A stretch of 62,180 nt of DNA, filler included, from Catajapyx aquilonaris (Eukaryota), in assembly GCA_000934665.2 (NCBI GenBank). It is 2 parts of 2 records of this genome, joined end to end, with 100 filler letters (N's around TTAATTAATTAA, not from the genome) between each part and the next. Parts side by side here need not be neighbours in the genome. Positions count along the whole stretch, not along the records: positions 1 to 31,039 come from KZ539177.1; 1 more part is not named here. One strand, given 5' to 3'. The position numbers and the translations under genes are program-made. The notes beneath the pieces are model-generated. The model saw only the letters and a list, made by a program, of their open reading frames with translations. It did no database searches and was not told where the DNA came from. Positions 12,401 through 27,291 of this stretch are shown one piece after another (the stretch's first letter is position 1; each line of letters starts with the position of its first letter).

Positions 12401-15400
12401 AAAATGTAGCATATTCATTCCTGACGACATTCTTATTAGTGGATCTTGTGGGGCTTGCACTATTCAACTATAGGGGAGTTTAAAGTTAGTGTGCTAAATA
12501 TTGGTGGGAACCGCAGTTGATTCAACCCTTGGCATAATTTTTTGTACGAGGAATTTTCGAGTTTTTAACCTGCAACTGGCATGGCCTTGTTGCTGAAAAC
12601 GCAGGAAATGAAATTAGCTGCGCAGCAACGTGTGGAGGTGATTTAGTTAGTTGGCAACAGGCCTTCAGTGACTTTTCAACAGTATTTAATGCCACTGGGT
12701 TTAATCGTGTTAAAATCGTAAATTCGCTTTTATGATAAAAAATAGAGCAACACCCCTGAAACTCTTTTTAGTTAGATTTGCACGTCTGAAATGAGGTTAG
12801 CGGACGGAATGTACTCAATACTTGTGTAATAGCGGGCCCTGATGTTATATACGTTTGTCATAAATAAATGCCACATGAAAAGAGTGATTGACAGCCAATA
12901 TGCGACGCTATCTTAAACATGTCATTTTTTAAATACTATATGGGCATGCTGCCTTGTTTTGAGTGGAAATAAAAAGCTTTGATGTTCAAAAGCAGCTTTT
13001 TATGGGGAATATTTATGCACCGTGCATGGGCCCCGAAGTCATTATCAATAGCCGGTTGTAATTTTTTTTTTAATTGTCGTGTTGAGATAGGAAAATTGTA
13101 TGCATGACAAACAAATTGAAACTATGTTGCCTTCATGTTTCGATGCTGATGTGTGCCGCTGTGACGCAACTGTTAGATTAAAAATTACAGCATTGCCAAT
13201 ATTTACACGTTGCCCAGCACATGTGTGTTATAACAATGTTTTAGCGCTGATTGCATGATTAATAGTAAACTAGAACAAGTTATGCTGGCATCCTGTTACT
13301 GTCAATGTTGTTACCGACAATTAACAGCAAGGATCAACATGTTCTGTGTTGCTGGCGGTTAAAAAAAGGTCGAAAAATTAATCTATGGTTTTCCGGATGT
13401 TATTGTTGTCAGCGATAAGTAAACAAACAAGTCAGTAAACAATAAATATCATGCAGCCCAAAAATCTGAACGCAAAATTATTTTCGACTACAATGTTTCT
13501 ACAGAAATTGCGCATAAAACCGTGCACGTAATTCATGCATAATTTTGAAGGACCCAACTCTTGATTGTGCAAGGAAGAATATCATAGGCGGAAACTGTAC
13601 AGCAGCAGGGAAAAGCATTGCACTATAAGACGCGATGCTTGCGTGTGCAAAAGGAGGACGATTCCTTTGTCTATGGCACCATTTTCGTAATGAGCATCTC
13701 ATTCTTGAGATGAAGCGAGACGTTTATGTTAATCCGACTATTAACAACGGCAAGATTCGGACTTGGGGGGGTCTATACGACACCGGTCTTGAACTGCTTC
13801 GTCGGGAAATGTTCGCCAAAGTGCACTCAACTTTCCTTAATTTCCATGCCCACTGTATATACATTCCGGACGAACTTTGCTGCAAGGTATGCCAGGAGCG
13901 GAATATTTTCCCTTGGGACGTAACTACGATAGTGCGTAATTTATTAGTGCATCGGGCCACGCCAGTTATGCTCGCATGCTAAGCCTTTCTTATCTTTTTT
14001 TTCCCCCCATTGTGAAATAGTGATAGGGCGTTAAAGTTGGATGATGGTATGAAGGAATTAAATTTCCGGAAGGCTTTCTCATCCAGTCAGCTGCGCTTTC
14101 CCTGGGCCTTCTGGGCTCAATCCCGGAAGGATTCGCGATAAGAAACGGCCATTACGAGTACAGAAAAGCTGCACAAATCTGAACCCGAGGAGACGACTGG
14201 AGCCAGTTCACATGATTTTCAAGCCAGACTTTTTTTTTTTGAAGGGTCCCACCCAGCTTAAAGGTCGGCTGTTGAGTTTGAAGGAGCCCCCCTCTTTTCA
14301 GTTAGGATTGTCACCAAGTCCATTTGTAACCCAGCCGTTTCTCCCAAAAAAGATCTCAGGGACTACCTGAAATTGAAAGTCATTGGAAAGGATCCCAACG
14401 ATACGGGGGCTCCCGTGTCCGAATTTTCGCTTTCCTAAAAAAAGGAGTTTGTAACCATTTCCCTTGAATAGGACTACCCTCGCCTCCTTTGAAAAAAAAA
14501 AGAGGGGGATGATACCCATTGCGCTGGCCCCCATGGGAGCTGAGCTTTTCTCCGAAACTGTTCCTAAGAATGGCCCGGATCGTCGACTGTCATCCGGAGG
14601 AACAATCGCCGTGATTTTCTTTCCATCCTTTCCTCTTATTGTATTGGCTCCCTTGGGTATCTAGGAGGCAATTGGTAGCCATCAACTTCTGGCGGATTTT
14701 CTAGGAGTTTTTGTTTTTTTGAACCATATGTCGGGTACAGTGTGCGTATTGATAATCAGTGGGGCCCCGGCAGCTAATTCGATGGGGGAAAATCGTTTCA
14801 TTAATTATGTTCCAACTACTTGTAGCTGACGGGTGAAAAAGGGTTCATTTTTGATTCGCGCGGCATTTAATTATGCAGCAAGAGGAAGTAGCTCCTCCAA
14901 TTGATTTTGTTAAAATTTAATTACCCCATGGTTTTGGGCTGCTGCAGTAAATTTTGATGCAACCGGTCCCAGTTCTACCATGGATCTAGTTTTTGCAAAC
15001 ATTTTTATTTCATTCCGATTGCCATTTTTTTCCGAATTAAAGGCTAATATCGTCATGTACTGATTTGACGTGAAGGGTTAATCATGGTGAGAGCCCACTT
15101 TGATCAAGTGCTAAACAGTGCAGTGTACGGCATTTTGAGTACGTACCGATGAAAATTAATCAATATGCAAACCCGATTTTCAAATACAACATCGAGTTAA
15201 ACGGTTTGCATACCCTTTTTTGGGGGGCGAATTATTCACTGCCAGTGCATACGTTAGTTTCACACTGTCATCTTGACCTCCTCAGACTGCGGTTCCGTTT
15301 GACAAACTTTCTCCGCAGCCGGGGTCCCCTTTGTTGCTTTTGCCGCATATCAAACTTGGCCGCACATGCATCTGTGGGAATCCGGATGAGCCCTCGGAGG

Positions 15401-18400
15401 AAGAGAAGCCAGCTGGTGAGATGGGCATGAAGGGGGGGGGGGGNGGGTGGGTGGGAGGATATATCGATTCGTCATCAGGGCTTCTGTCACTTGTCGCCCA
15501 GCCCAAATTTCCCGCCAAGGATTTCATTTCGAGCGTCAGCCGATGCTACACATCAACAGAAAATGAGATTTCAGGAGAAAATCTTGCGTTTTATTATTTA
15601 AAAAATAATATGGGAGTCGGCATGATGTTTTTTTTAAACAAGTAAATGCAGGGTTAATGGGACTCGTTTTCAGGGAGGAATCGGTTTGTAATCACTGTAA
15701 TGCAGTTAGAGACATGTAGTGGAATAAATGTTGACTGCATGAATGTCACACGGGCCAAGCGAAATAATTGTTCCCCTCCCCCTCTCTAAATGTAATGAAT
15801 AATGTATGACGTGCTAACCAGGGCCATTTAGGACAAAAGGGGTTTTCGCTATATTTGGCTTTTATTCTGTACACTGCTGGCATAGATTCCGTTTCATTAG
15901 TCCTGGCCCATTAATATTTATTCTATGGAAATTATCTATAATGTGGCTCTATAAAGTTCCAGATAAATTGACATTATTTGTGGCCAGTGAATGGCGTTAT
16001 TGTTAACATATTATCTCTCACTACGACAGCAACGGAACATTAGGTTCACATTGTTCAACGGGATGAAACAACATATTTCGCATGTCTAGTCATTGCGGTT
16101 AACAGCTTTATTTTTTGGCCATAATAACTATAAACAGGCTATTACATTAGAACACTATGTCGCTCTCCATGCAATCGAACAGTATCAGATCTGGCGTATG
16201 ATTTAATTTGTTAAATTTTATTAACGTGTTTCAAGCAATTTGATGAAACACGGCAACGTAGAATTTGACAGGCAGGTTGTGAATGAATTCATCCAATGTC
16301 ATTATCACTCTACTATAGTCCACTATGCAGTACAGTCACTCCCTCGCAGCGCTTGAAATTTTGATCATGAAGCCATCAGGAAAGTTCAATGCGTAATACT
16401 GTTCAGATAGTATTAAATCCTTAATTTTCTCTCATTGATAGTAAAGGATATGAAGGAATAAGCTAATTTTCACAAATTAATTGTGAATTAGTAAGTGAAT
16501 ATTTTATACAGCATATCTCATTTTAACTAGTGACTGGATATACTGCAAAAAATTAGTTTCGTGCGATACGACCATAATCACTCAACTAGGATGATTGATT
16601 TACAATAACTCTTTCTTCATACAGTGGTTTTCCGGGTGACATTTTGGCAATTTATTAGCTAATTTCCCTCCAAAGGTGTATCCTAGACACGTGCCAGATT
16701 CAATAATAAGCTATATAAAAAAAATGAATCCAGATCCGTTCGGTGCGTGGCATCAACCAACTGGGTGTTTAAAGGTCCACACGGCCCAAAGCGGATTAAA
16801 TCTTAACGATCCATACGCTGCTTCCAAATCTGGCCAGTCTTTTTGTCTTTAGGCATGTAACTGCCTAGCAAGGCCCAAAACCCGCAGGTAATATTCCGTG
16901 AATCTGATCGCTGCGGCAGTAAGTCGGGAGAGAGGAGGACATAAAGTATTAAAGTAATGAAGGATCCGACTGCTTTTCCCGGTGGCCCCGAAAACTCCTC
17001 AGTTAAGTCCCGTTGTAAACTGAGAGGGGATCAAAGGCGGCGGGGGAAGATTAAAGAGATCCCACTCATCCTTTGGAAGGCAGGTGTGTGGGATGTTACC
17101 GAGTCATCTCAGTTCCCCACCTCAATGCCGACGGTTCTGACAACCTTTGTTTTTAAATGGTACTGTTGGATAATTGCCTTCCGACGTGACAATGTAGATA
17201 CTGGAAAGGCAGTGATTATTTTAAAAATAGGCCAGCACAACGTAATATTGGCCGCTAATATAGGCTACATCAACGTCTATAAAAATAACTGCTGATTTAC
17301 AGGACGACAAATTTGTTAACTTAAAGCAACAGATCAAATTGGAACATGATAGCATTTTATTCCACAACAATATTGGTAATAAATTAGGTATGGTACATAC
17401 TGTGGCCATATAATCGATGGTAAATATTGCAAAATTGGGAAAGATTGTTGCTGGGGTCATATTTTGCAAAGCAGCAACTGAACCGCGAAGTCGAATTGCA
17501 CATTTTGGTGATATATTGCTGCTCGGCAATTTGGTTACAACAAAGCGCATATTTGCCCCCTCTCTGTGTGGTTTTTTTCCAGCGAACTATGAGCCGGCTA
17601 ATAGATCATATTCAACTTCCGGACGCATTTTCCGGCTATCCATTGTGTCCAAGTCCCTCCCACCATGTATTCACGTCGGGGCAAACAAAAAAAGTATTAA
17701 TTAATATATTGTTTTTTGGTCCAGATGGCCCAATAAACCACCTCATCAGTTTGTGATGGTAGCCATCCCCATCACTCAATATTACTCTGCATTAAGGTAA
17801 TCCTTCACACAAAATGTTTATCCGTGTAATTTTGATCCACTAGGCCTAGATTGCAATTTTCTGCGCATTCTCATTATGTCCGTTCGGGTAAGTTTTAATT
17901 TGCAACAATCCCTAAGCTCATTACCAAAGCCCATTAAATCAATTGACACCGTGAAACTGCTCAGCTATTGGTGCTCTAATCCGTATATTTTCTGCCATAT
18001 ATTATTATTTATTAGCTGTTATAATATTATTTACAAGATAGAGAGGATGGTACTTGACGTAATGTTCGTGGAAACTTCAATAATGTCGTTAGATGCATTA
18101 TGAAGGGGTAGGTTATGGAAGCGAGGGGTTGTGTTTGAAACTTGGCAAAGTCTGGTAAGTTCTACTTTGTCCGACGGAGACGAAGTTGAGCCATGAAACA
18201 TGTAAGATGAAGCAAAGGTGAATCCTGGCATCGATTTCCAAATCCGAAAGGAGCCCGATCCTCACCCTTAGTCCTGAAGTTTTGTGAGGCCAGACTTTTA
18301 TTAGCCTGCCTCTCTTTCTCCCTCCTGAATCCATCTCCTCTCTTTCTCTCTCTCTCTCTCTAAGATCCTTGGTTGAAATCCATGCAATCAATCGACTCAT

Positions 18401-20709
18401 ACATGTTTGATGAAGGCGAACACTGAACGCTACTTTGATCGGGAAACCTCCAGTGTAGTAAGGCTCGCCTTAATTCCAAGGAGACAAGTGGACCAAAACT
18501 CGATTCCTTTCTTCCTCCTCTTTTTTTTTTTTTTACTAGAGACACACAGGGATGCTGCATTTTCAACGCCAAGAGCCTCTCTTTTTTTTCCTTCTTAGAC
18601 AGCGGTGAAGGATTTAGAGTGAAAGATGGGAGGAATTTACCTAAGAGATTTCTGAAGAGCCTTTAAAAGAATTGTACCAAATCCAGCTTGAAACTGTAGG
18701 TTATGTGGAGTTATTTTTAAACATTTTTTTGCATTGTAGTGTTACTTTGATATTAAATGTGGGCGGTAAGTGATCGATCTTTTCAGCCTGCATGAAAGGG
18801 TTCTTTTTGTTTCGTGGCTTCACCCAATTTATCCTCATCGAAAAAGACGCATTAAGAGCATTCCAGACCCTGTTTTCCTATCTCCCCAGCATATCCATTC
18901 CGTATCCCCATTACTTTCTCTATTTTTTTTTCTCTCTTCCACCCCCAAAAACCATCCGCCCTCACCACCTCCGCTCTTCTTATTTCTGAGTAAGGTTGTG
19001 CTCCTCATGTTCCTCCGGATGTAAAGTGGACTGGGTAATGGAGGAGGGAGGGCTTTACGAGCGGGGCCGGGCGTTTTTCCGGGAGAATTTGTTTCTCCGG
19101 GTAACGTTCGGCAAGGAGACGAGGAGGAGATATACGACCCGGTTGAGGTGACCTGAGAGTAGAGGAGGAAAAACGGGCTGGAAAATATCAGGTTGAATGG
19201 AGGGGGATTCCATATATTCTATAGGTGGAGAAAATGTGACCGGTCGTTTACAGCAGCATTTGGTGGCTGAGCGTGTCTTATTGCCGGTATGGAAAGTCGT
19301 TTGAGGACAGGGAGTTAGCTGAACTGCTTTGAATGTGGTTTACATCATACGTGCTTTAATTGCAGGTCCATTTTGGGATAGTTAAGAGTCAAATTGTACT
19401 GCAGGGAATGCTTGTAGTCTCCAGAGTGTGCAAGGACAAGAGGACAGCATAATGTGGCTCTGTAATGTGTACCAGTGTACTCTTCGAGTATTATGCTGAA
19501 TGTTAATCTAAATTGGACTTTAGCATGTATACACCTGACAAAAGGCCCTTTAACACCTTGCGTTTCGAAAAGTGCTTTCCTGCCACAGTGTAGCCGTCTG
19601 ACTAATGCAATTACAGTGTTGTCCTCAAAGTACAGTGTAATATTGAAGAAAGCCATTGCAACAACTGGGGCTTGTATCGCTTTATTTAGTTTCTAAGTCT
19701 TTCCTTTCACGGAGAGACGTCCTGTTCCGAAACCAGAAGGCACAAAAAAATGTCATTTTCTCCTTCTTTTTCTGGAGACGTTTCATCATCAAAAGGGCAG
19801 CATGTTTCCTCCTACTTCTTTCTGTGCTCTCCTTTTTTTGTTGTTCGGAGAGAGACGGGTGAAGACGGTGGGGTTGCAGTTGGCAAGTTTTTGGGGATTA
19901 AAGTTGCTGCTTGGTAGTGACTTTCAGCAGTGGTTTTCAAAGCCAAAGCATGGTTTTTCTCTTACGGAAGCCAAGGAAAGAGTCAATACTGGGGGGGGGG
20001 GGGTTGCTGCTGGTGTGGGTCGGGTGGGAAGGAGAGGTGGGTGGGTTGGGCAGACAAGAGCAGCAGCTGGTCCCAGAGAGCACAACCTCATCCAGACTGC
20101 AAAGAACATGCTTGCACTCTCCGGCCAAAGAGTTGGAAGTCGCCAGACCCTCTGGTTCTACAGTACTTCATGAATAGGCTACACGTAATCATTGTTTAAG
20201 TACAAGATAGAAGCCCATTAATGAGAAACGTTGCGATTGTCACGCGTTTTCTGCAACCACCAGCTATTACACTCTCAGTAATGTCCATGGAACCTTTAAT
20301 ATTCTTCTAATGAAGTAATTCCCGCTTTAAAGACATCCTGAAAGTCAGGCAATCCGTTGAACAATTGAGCACGATGGGTAGTCCTGAATATTCAGGATAG
20401 GGCAACATGTTTTGTCTTTTGGATTTTTTTTGCATAAAATATCTGACCGAGTTATTCACAAATTCTTAAGCTACCTCGACTGCGAGAATGTATCCATAAT
20501 AGCTTCGAAACCCTTGCGGATCCAGGATTAGGTCCGGATCCGTCTAGTCTGCCAACTGAAAAACTCCTCCTTTGCTTCTCAGAAAGTCAACTCCCACTTA
20601 GCCTCTTGCTTCACCTGAACTTCCTATTGACAGGAAGTCCTTGGCTGAGGTATCCAGTAACACCGCCAATGAGTTGGCAAAGTGAAGACGAATTCCACTC
20701 CCCCCCCCC

Positions 20710-20726
20710 NNNNNNNNNNNNNNNNN
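20710..20726. other. Small assembly gap inside a poly-C tract
   Basis: 17 N between C homopolymers. Confidence 0.95.
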
Positions 20727-23700
20727 CCCCCCCCCCAAAAAAAAAAAAAACTCGTAGCAAAAAGGCTTTTAAGGTGCCTTAAGACGCCTCTGAAAGCTCA
20801 CCCCTCCCGCTCCCAAACCTATACTCCACGGTAAGGTTTTGCCCACGAAGTGCACTTTGACATAGTCCCTTCTAATGGCTCGTGTAGATGTACACTCTGG
20901 TGGCGGATGTTGTCAGCTTGGTCTCACCGACTCCGATTGATTGACACGTTGCTATACACGGGCCAGATGAGAAGGGCCACTTTTTTTAAAAAAAGGGGGG
21001 AAGAAACGCGAGAAGGAAGAGTCAAGATGTACCGCCCATTTTCAAAAAAAGGATCAGTATTGTACAAACCGCAGTCAAAAGACAATCATATCCGCTTTGT
21101 TTCATCCTGGCATGATGCAACCCAACACTAATGATGCTTCTATTGGTAATAGAGAGATCAGTTACACACTGTATATAATTTGAGGGGTTTCTCTCGTATC
21201 TGTACCACTCTTTGTAAAAATAGCCGAACCTGGTAATTATTACGGACGAGTCATACAAAGGGTGTAATCGTACGTAACGCGCAAAATATAGCCGGCTCAG
21301 TTCGAGTCAGTGAGCTACCGACTTGCTTCTTAATTAACGCGTGAGCACACCTTTGTCTGCGTTAAACACGTGGATGACAAGCAATTATCTCCAGGACAGT
21401 GCGTGCTATCAAAGGGAAATGCATAGGGACTCAGACTATCTTCCAGAAAAATATTTTTGTTTCCGGGAAGTGCTCTGGTGTTGACGTGAAACGTTGATCT
21501 TTGGCAAAGGGGTACATGGCACTTCCAGCTCTACAAATGCAGACACACAATGCTATACAAACTACCGTGAAATTACCAGACGTAATCATATTGATTAACA
21601 TGCGTACAATTTTGGGGCACGCAAAAAAAAAATGATTCCATTTCCGTGTAATCACATCAAAAACTCGGTACCCGCAACAGTGACGAGCTTTTATGAAAAT
21701 AGGAATTTTTCCTCCCCCTGATGGGTTGTGTGGTCCTTGTAGCGAGAGATGAGATGGGTTGTTGTGGGTGGAATGGGCGGTGGATGTTTAGGCGCATGTT
21801 GTTGAGAGAGGTGGGTGGTAGCAGCAAAAGGGGGGGAAAGCGGATGAGTGGCGAGGGGGTGGGTTTGGGGGGTAGTAGAAGAGGTTCAATGCTTGTCGTT
21901 CCGCAGCTGCAACGAGGAGTTAAAGTGACTCGAAGGCCATTGCAGCCCGCGTTTGCGGATTTGGTGTTGATAAAATTGCTCCTGTGTATATAGTAAACAT
22001 CCCTTCTAAAGACGTTTTGGAATAGTGATTTTTAGGTGGGGTTTCTCGACTGTCCTGATACACATGACAGATAGTTCAACCTGAGTACTTTCATGATGTA
22101 AATTTTATTTCGGATTTTGCGACCTTTTCTACATTGAACGTCAGTATCTAAACCAGGGTCTCTTCTTTGGTACGAATATTTCAGAAAACGAAATTCAGAT
22201 TTAGTGAGTCGTTTCACGGCCCAGGTCACCTTGAGCAATGGCAGATGGACCAATTGTGATAATGTTTCATATTATATTATATTATATTATATTTATTTTA
22301 TTTACCCCATGGTAGAGCAGTGCTGTTTTGGGGGGAATGTTCCATATTATATTGGATATATTAATGTAGCCTGTGCCAAAAAAATTAACATACTTTTGAC
22401 TACATGATATGGTTTTGGATAGCGCGACCCAAAGATTAGCAAAATGTCTCAATTCCTATAGCTTCTACTTAAATAGTAAGTGCGAAATCCTCCTTCCGCA
22501 GCTTTAGAAAATATTCTAGGAAGCTGACCTGAGCCAACATTTCTCATTCCTTGTAACACAATCTTCCTGATGGTGGAGTTTGCTCCCTTTTGCGGGAATG
22601 AATCTTGTTGAAAAGATATACTTAAACTCGAGGAGAGGTCTAATTTCAATTTGGGGAAAGCGGAAGAGGATTTCGCCTCCAGCTGGGTGGGTAGAAAAGC
22701 TTGCTCAATAAGTAGTCTTTTTGGCGAATACCTTGAAATCCGGCCATCCATTTCGGAAGCAGGACCCAACAGTACTCGGCGGAAATGCTCATTCCAAATT
22801 ACGTTTACTGCAAACTGGGAATTTTCCGCCATTTATCTTAGACGCAAGGGAAGAAAAGAGGGGGGAGAGGGGGGAAAAGTACGTGCACTTCCTTACAACT
22901 TTCTCACAAAAATATGTGTAGTCCTATGGAATTGGAGAGCATACCTTTTCTTGTGGAAGGGGCTTGAAAGAGGGTGGGGGGAAAGAAAAGGGTGGGGGTA
23001 GGGGTGCTGGAAGGGGGCTAAGGGGGAGGTGGAATGGAATTTTTCTTCTCCAGTATTGCTTCCAGCACTCCATAATTCCTTCGTGAAGTTGAAACTGGAG
23101 TTTTCTTCTATTCTCTCTGACTTGCTGCAGTTCCTGCAATATATTGCTCCAGTCAGCAGCTCCCACTCTACTATTTTTTTCCCCTTATGCGTGGAAAAAA
23201 AAGAGGAAAGGGGGAGAAGGAGTTTTGGGGAAACTTACAGCCTTTACCTATTTCCCCACGAAAGCCTTGAAATGTTTTTATTCAAATGTTGGTCTGCGGT
23301 TGGAAAAAGCTGGAAGTGTCAAGAATGACATCCCAACTGGTATCCTACAATATAAAATAGCTGCATACTTTACCGAATCAGGTTTTGCAGGTACGTCTTT
23401 CCACATTTTACACTATATGGCAATAGGATTAGAAAACGAGAATAATGATAGGTTATGGTTTTGAAAATTATTTAAGAAAAAGAGTCAGCTTTGAGTGGTT
23501 GTCAAAAAATATATATAAGAAGCGAGTGTATACCAATATATACGCAGGAATTGCTGAGACGGCGGAATTTTACGGATAGTATTAGTCTCCAAGGTGCATT
23601 GCACAAAGTGGAATGTCTTCGGAATTTGATAAAAGACAGAGACACGAGAAAAATATTCTCAGAACGTCACTATTTCTGGTCCATGTCGACCTGCTGAGCA

Positions 23701-26700
23701 GTGAGATAAGCACAATGAACTGCTGGGCAAAATGTGAATAACTTCATGAGTAACATACGAAATCACTGGCAGATGGTGCATTAAACAGTGTCTTTTTATC
23801 ACTGTGGTTGTTTATGCGGCCTGTTTCCAATAGAGTAGTATTGTGATTTTATTGATGTTTTGTTCGTTTTTGGTAATCAACTGTCGTTATTTTGTTTTTA
23901 TTTGTGTTTTATGCGTGGCTGTGCGGATTTGTTTTTGTGTTTGAACATGTGACACGACATATTAAACCATGAACATTTTGTAACAGTTTCATGCTTCATC
24001 AGCACGTGACAATGTAATCGCATTATTGGGATTTTTGCCTGCCGTATTGTTATCATTTTTATTGACTTTTCCGGATTAAGTTAACCAAACCAAATTATTT
24101 AATCATGAGGCCGAGTAAGCATTATTCTGACTCCTAATTAATCCTCAGCAAGTATGCTTTTTAATAATTTTTGTGAATAGGAATTTGATGTATTATTCAA
24201 TATTGCATTGTTTACCAACATTGGCAAAAATGTTTCAGTCATTTTTATTACTCAGTGATAAGTTTTGTAACATGTTATCCGTGCATTATTATGTATTGAT
24301 GTGAAAACTCAGCTTGTCGCCCAACTCGGAGAATGACTAGCTTTTTTTAAGGATTCATTTTCCTAAGTAGAACGGCAAACGTGCAGCGCAATATTAAATG
24401 CGTGGCTTTCCATGACCTGTAATTTGGTAGAGTGCTCACTGAATTAACAAAATTTGCGAGAATTTTTACCTGCAAATGTTGGGTTTTAATATGTTTGACT
24501 GCTGGTTTTTTTATTAAAACCAATCAGAAAGAGCGGTTTTGTATCGCTTTGAAGTGAAGTAAACGCTTCATGAACAATATTAACCTCCGCAACTCTTTTT
24601 TTTGTGCCGTCCTACATGTGCGTCAATATTTTTCCTCCGACAAGGTCAATCAATGTGTTACCCCAACTAGTCATCTCGCCTAGGTGCCCATCACATCCCA
24701 AATTACTGCCGCCATATTACGGATACAAGTAACCGGATTTATTACGATGCTTTTAAACAACCCCAGAATTTTTTTCTACGATTTCATAACAGGAGACCTC
24801 ACACTTTTACCTATAGGCATGTATCCGCTGAATGATAGGCGTGAATCTGCTGGGAATTTTTTCTAAAAAAAATGTGTTTCTAATCATCCGGTCCTTTATT
24901 ATCACATGCTCCCATGCGACATTGAACGTCAAAGGCATATGTCCTTTGATGTCTCCTCATGCTTCATCATATACACGTCCCATCAGTAAATTTTGACTTA
25001 TCGCTTACCTTAGCTGGCAGCGGGGGGAGATGACACAAAGGAGGAAAGGAACAAATGCGTCGTAGCTCCCAGCTACAACTACTGTAATTCAGTAGACTAA
25101 ATGAGCCCGTAAATTGAACACCCTGAGGGGGGGAAGCCGCGCGCAGTATATGACTCCTTCACATTGATTCACATTAGATCTAATCTGCATGAAATTTCCA
25201 TGGTTAAGTTGGAACCCACATATTATGAATCATCTCCAGCGGCCGAGGCTTATATTAGCTAAAAAGCCCCAGCATTAATTGAGAGTCCCATAAGATTCGG
25301 GGCATGAATCATCTGTCCTATTAAGCTGATATATATATTTTAAGCCATCCTAGATGTTTTTCTGGCCTAACGATTTAGCAGAGATAAAATGGTTTTGGTC
25401 CGGTAAAGTTAGCGGTTCCTTTTCGACATGTTGAAATTAGCTAGTCATGTTTGACTGAATTGGACGCGTCAAAGTTCACATTCTTGTGTTTTGACTCTGT
25501 CAAAAAAATTATGCCTGGAAGGGGAGAAAAAAAAATCTATTTCCCTTTTTTTTTAACGTCTGGATTTTGACTGGAAACGTTAATTGATTTCGCTCCCAGA
25601 TCCTTTGTTGAAAAGCAATTTGAAAACTAATTCTTTTCCTCCCCTCCATCCCCTCTCTTTCACTTTTCCTCCTTGGCTGGTAATTGGACTCCGGGTGGAA
25701 GGAAGAAACCTAGAAGAAACAGACAAAAGGATCCCAGTGATCCCGAGCTCCTTCCCTGCCAGCACTCTAAAGGAAACAGATCCTGTACACTTCCACTTCA
25801 GCTCGTTATTCCGGATTAAATGATTTTTTTTTGCGCTCACACTTTTCTATGGCTGGAGTCGGGTAACAATGCTGGGGTTTCATGTGTCGTAGTTGTACGT
25901 GTGTGGGGGAGAGGAAGCATGAAAAGGGATATTTTTAGTGTGTGCTTGAATGCGAGAAGGTATGCTGGTATTTTCTCATATTAGGAGATAGCTTCGTGTT
26001 TTGTTCGGAAAACATAGAAGCCTACCCGGAAGGGAATTACAAGCAATGAGCCTAAATTAACGTTGGAAACATTTGTGGGGCTTAGGTTAAAATATGCCTG
26101 CACAGAGGCGTTGTTGTAATTGTGTGGGTAATAGGAAACCATGCCGCACATTTGTAAAGAAAAATATTCTTGCCCGTCCTTTCCTATTTTATTTGTATTC
26201 TAACCGTACCTTGCACAGTGCATCGAACAAAGAGGTTACAATGTGATGAAATGTTGATTTAGCAGGGAACTGGCTGGCAGGTTTATTGAACAGTTTGTAA
26301 CCTAATACTGTTACTTAGTTCAGGTAGTAACTGCTGTATTTTGCAATGTCGACCTGAAATGCCGAGGTGCATTAGGAAAGTTTTGCAAGTACTGTACACT
26401 CTACAGCACTGTACAACCACCGAAGGCGACACCATGTTGAAGAAAATAAAACACTGTAATATGAATTCCTACATTGGATTCCCACTCACTTGTAGGTGCT
26501 TGTAGGTTATATTATTCATTTCGATTCATTTTGCAATTCTGCCACGCTATACTGCATTATGAAATAATTAAACCGAAATATTCGGTATGTTTGCATTACC
26601 AGGTCTGTCTCAAAGGATAATAAAATATTGCATGTAGAATTGCATTGAAAACATCCCGGTGTACTTGCCTTATACCTATCAAACAGACGCACGCTTGTAA

Positions 26701-27166
26701 CGGAATAATTTTAATTGAATTTTTTAAACTCACCTATCATAGCATGATGTAAAAGCGCAGAACATCCTCAAAGGGGAATTTAAGTGTCGAAATGGCTGGG
26801 AAATAAAAACAAACGGCTTCTCAAACTGCTATTCGATCCAATACTGAAGTTCTCCGGGGAACCCTGCTACGAAACTACGGGCTACTAAAAGGAGAAATGG
26901 AGTGTAGCGCCATCTCCATGGTCAACAAAGGAATCCAGGTCATGTTTTAATATCGCTTGAAAGTCATGGGGAAAACTACGATTCAATAGCATCATGCTAT
27001 CAGCTCACAGTATATTGCAATAATTAAATGAGCATTGTTGTGTTAATCATGGTCGATTCAGTACAGTTCACTTGTGGCACATGCTGTTGCCTACTAACTA
27101 TTAATTAGTAATTGTATTAAATAGCTAGAGTTAACAATATGTTTCAGCATCACAAAGAAGGTAGTT

Positions 27167-27291
27167 TTAGGCAGCCATTATGTTCAATATTGCTGAAAAA
27201 TATTAGGCAGCCATTTATAATATTTCTGAAAAATATTAGGCAGCCATTATGTTCAGTATTGCTGAAAAATATTAAGCAGCCATTATTTTCA
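27167..27291. repeat. Minisatellite, ~33-36 bp unit, ~3.5 copies
   Basis: Repeated TTAGGCAGCCATTATGTTCA(A/G)TATTGCTGAAAAATA. Confidence 0.85.
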
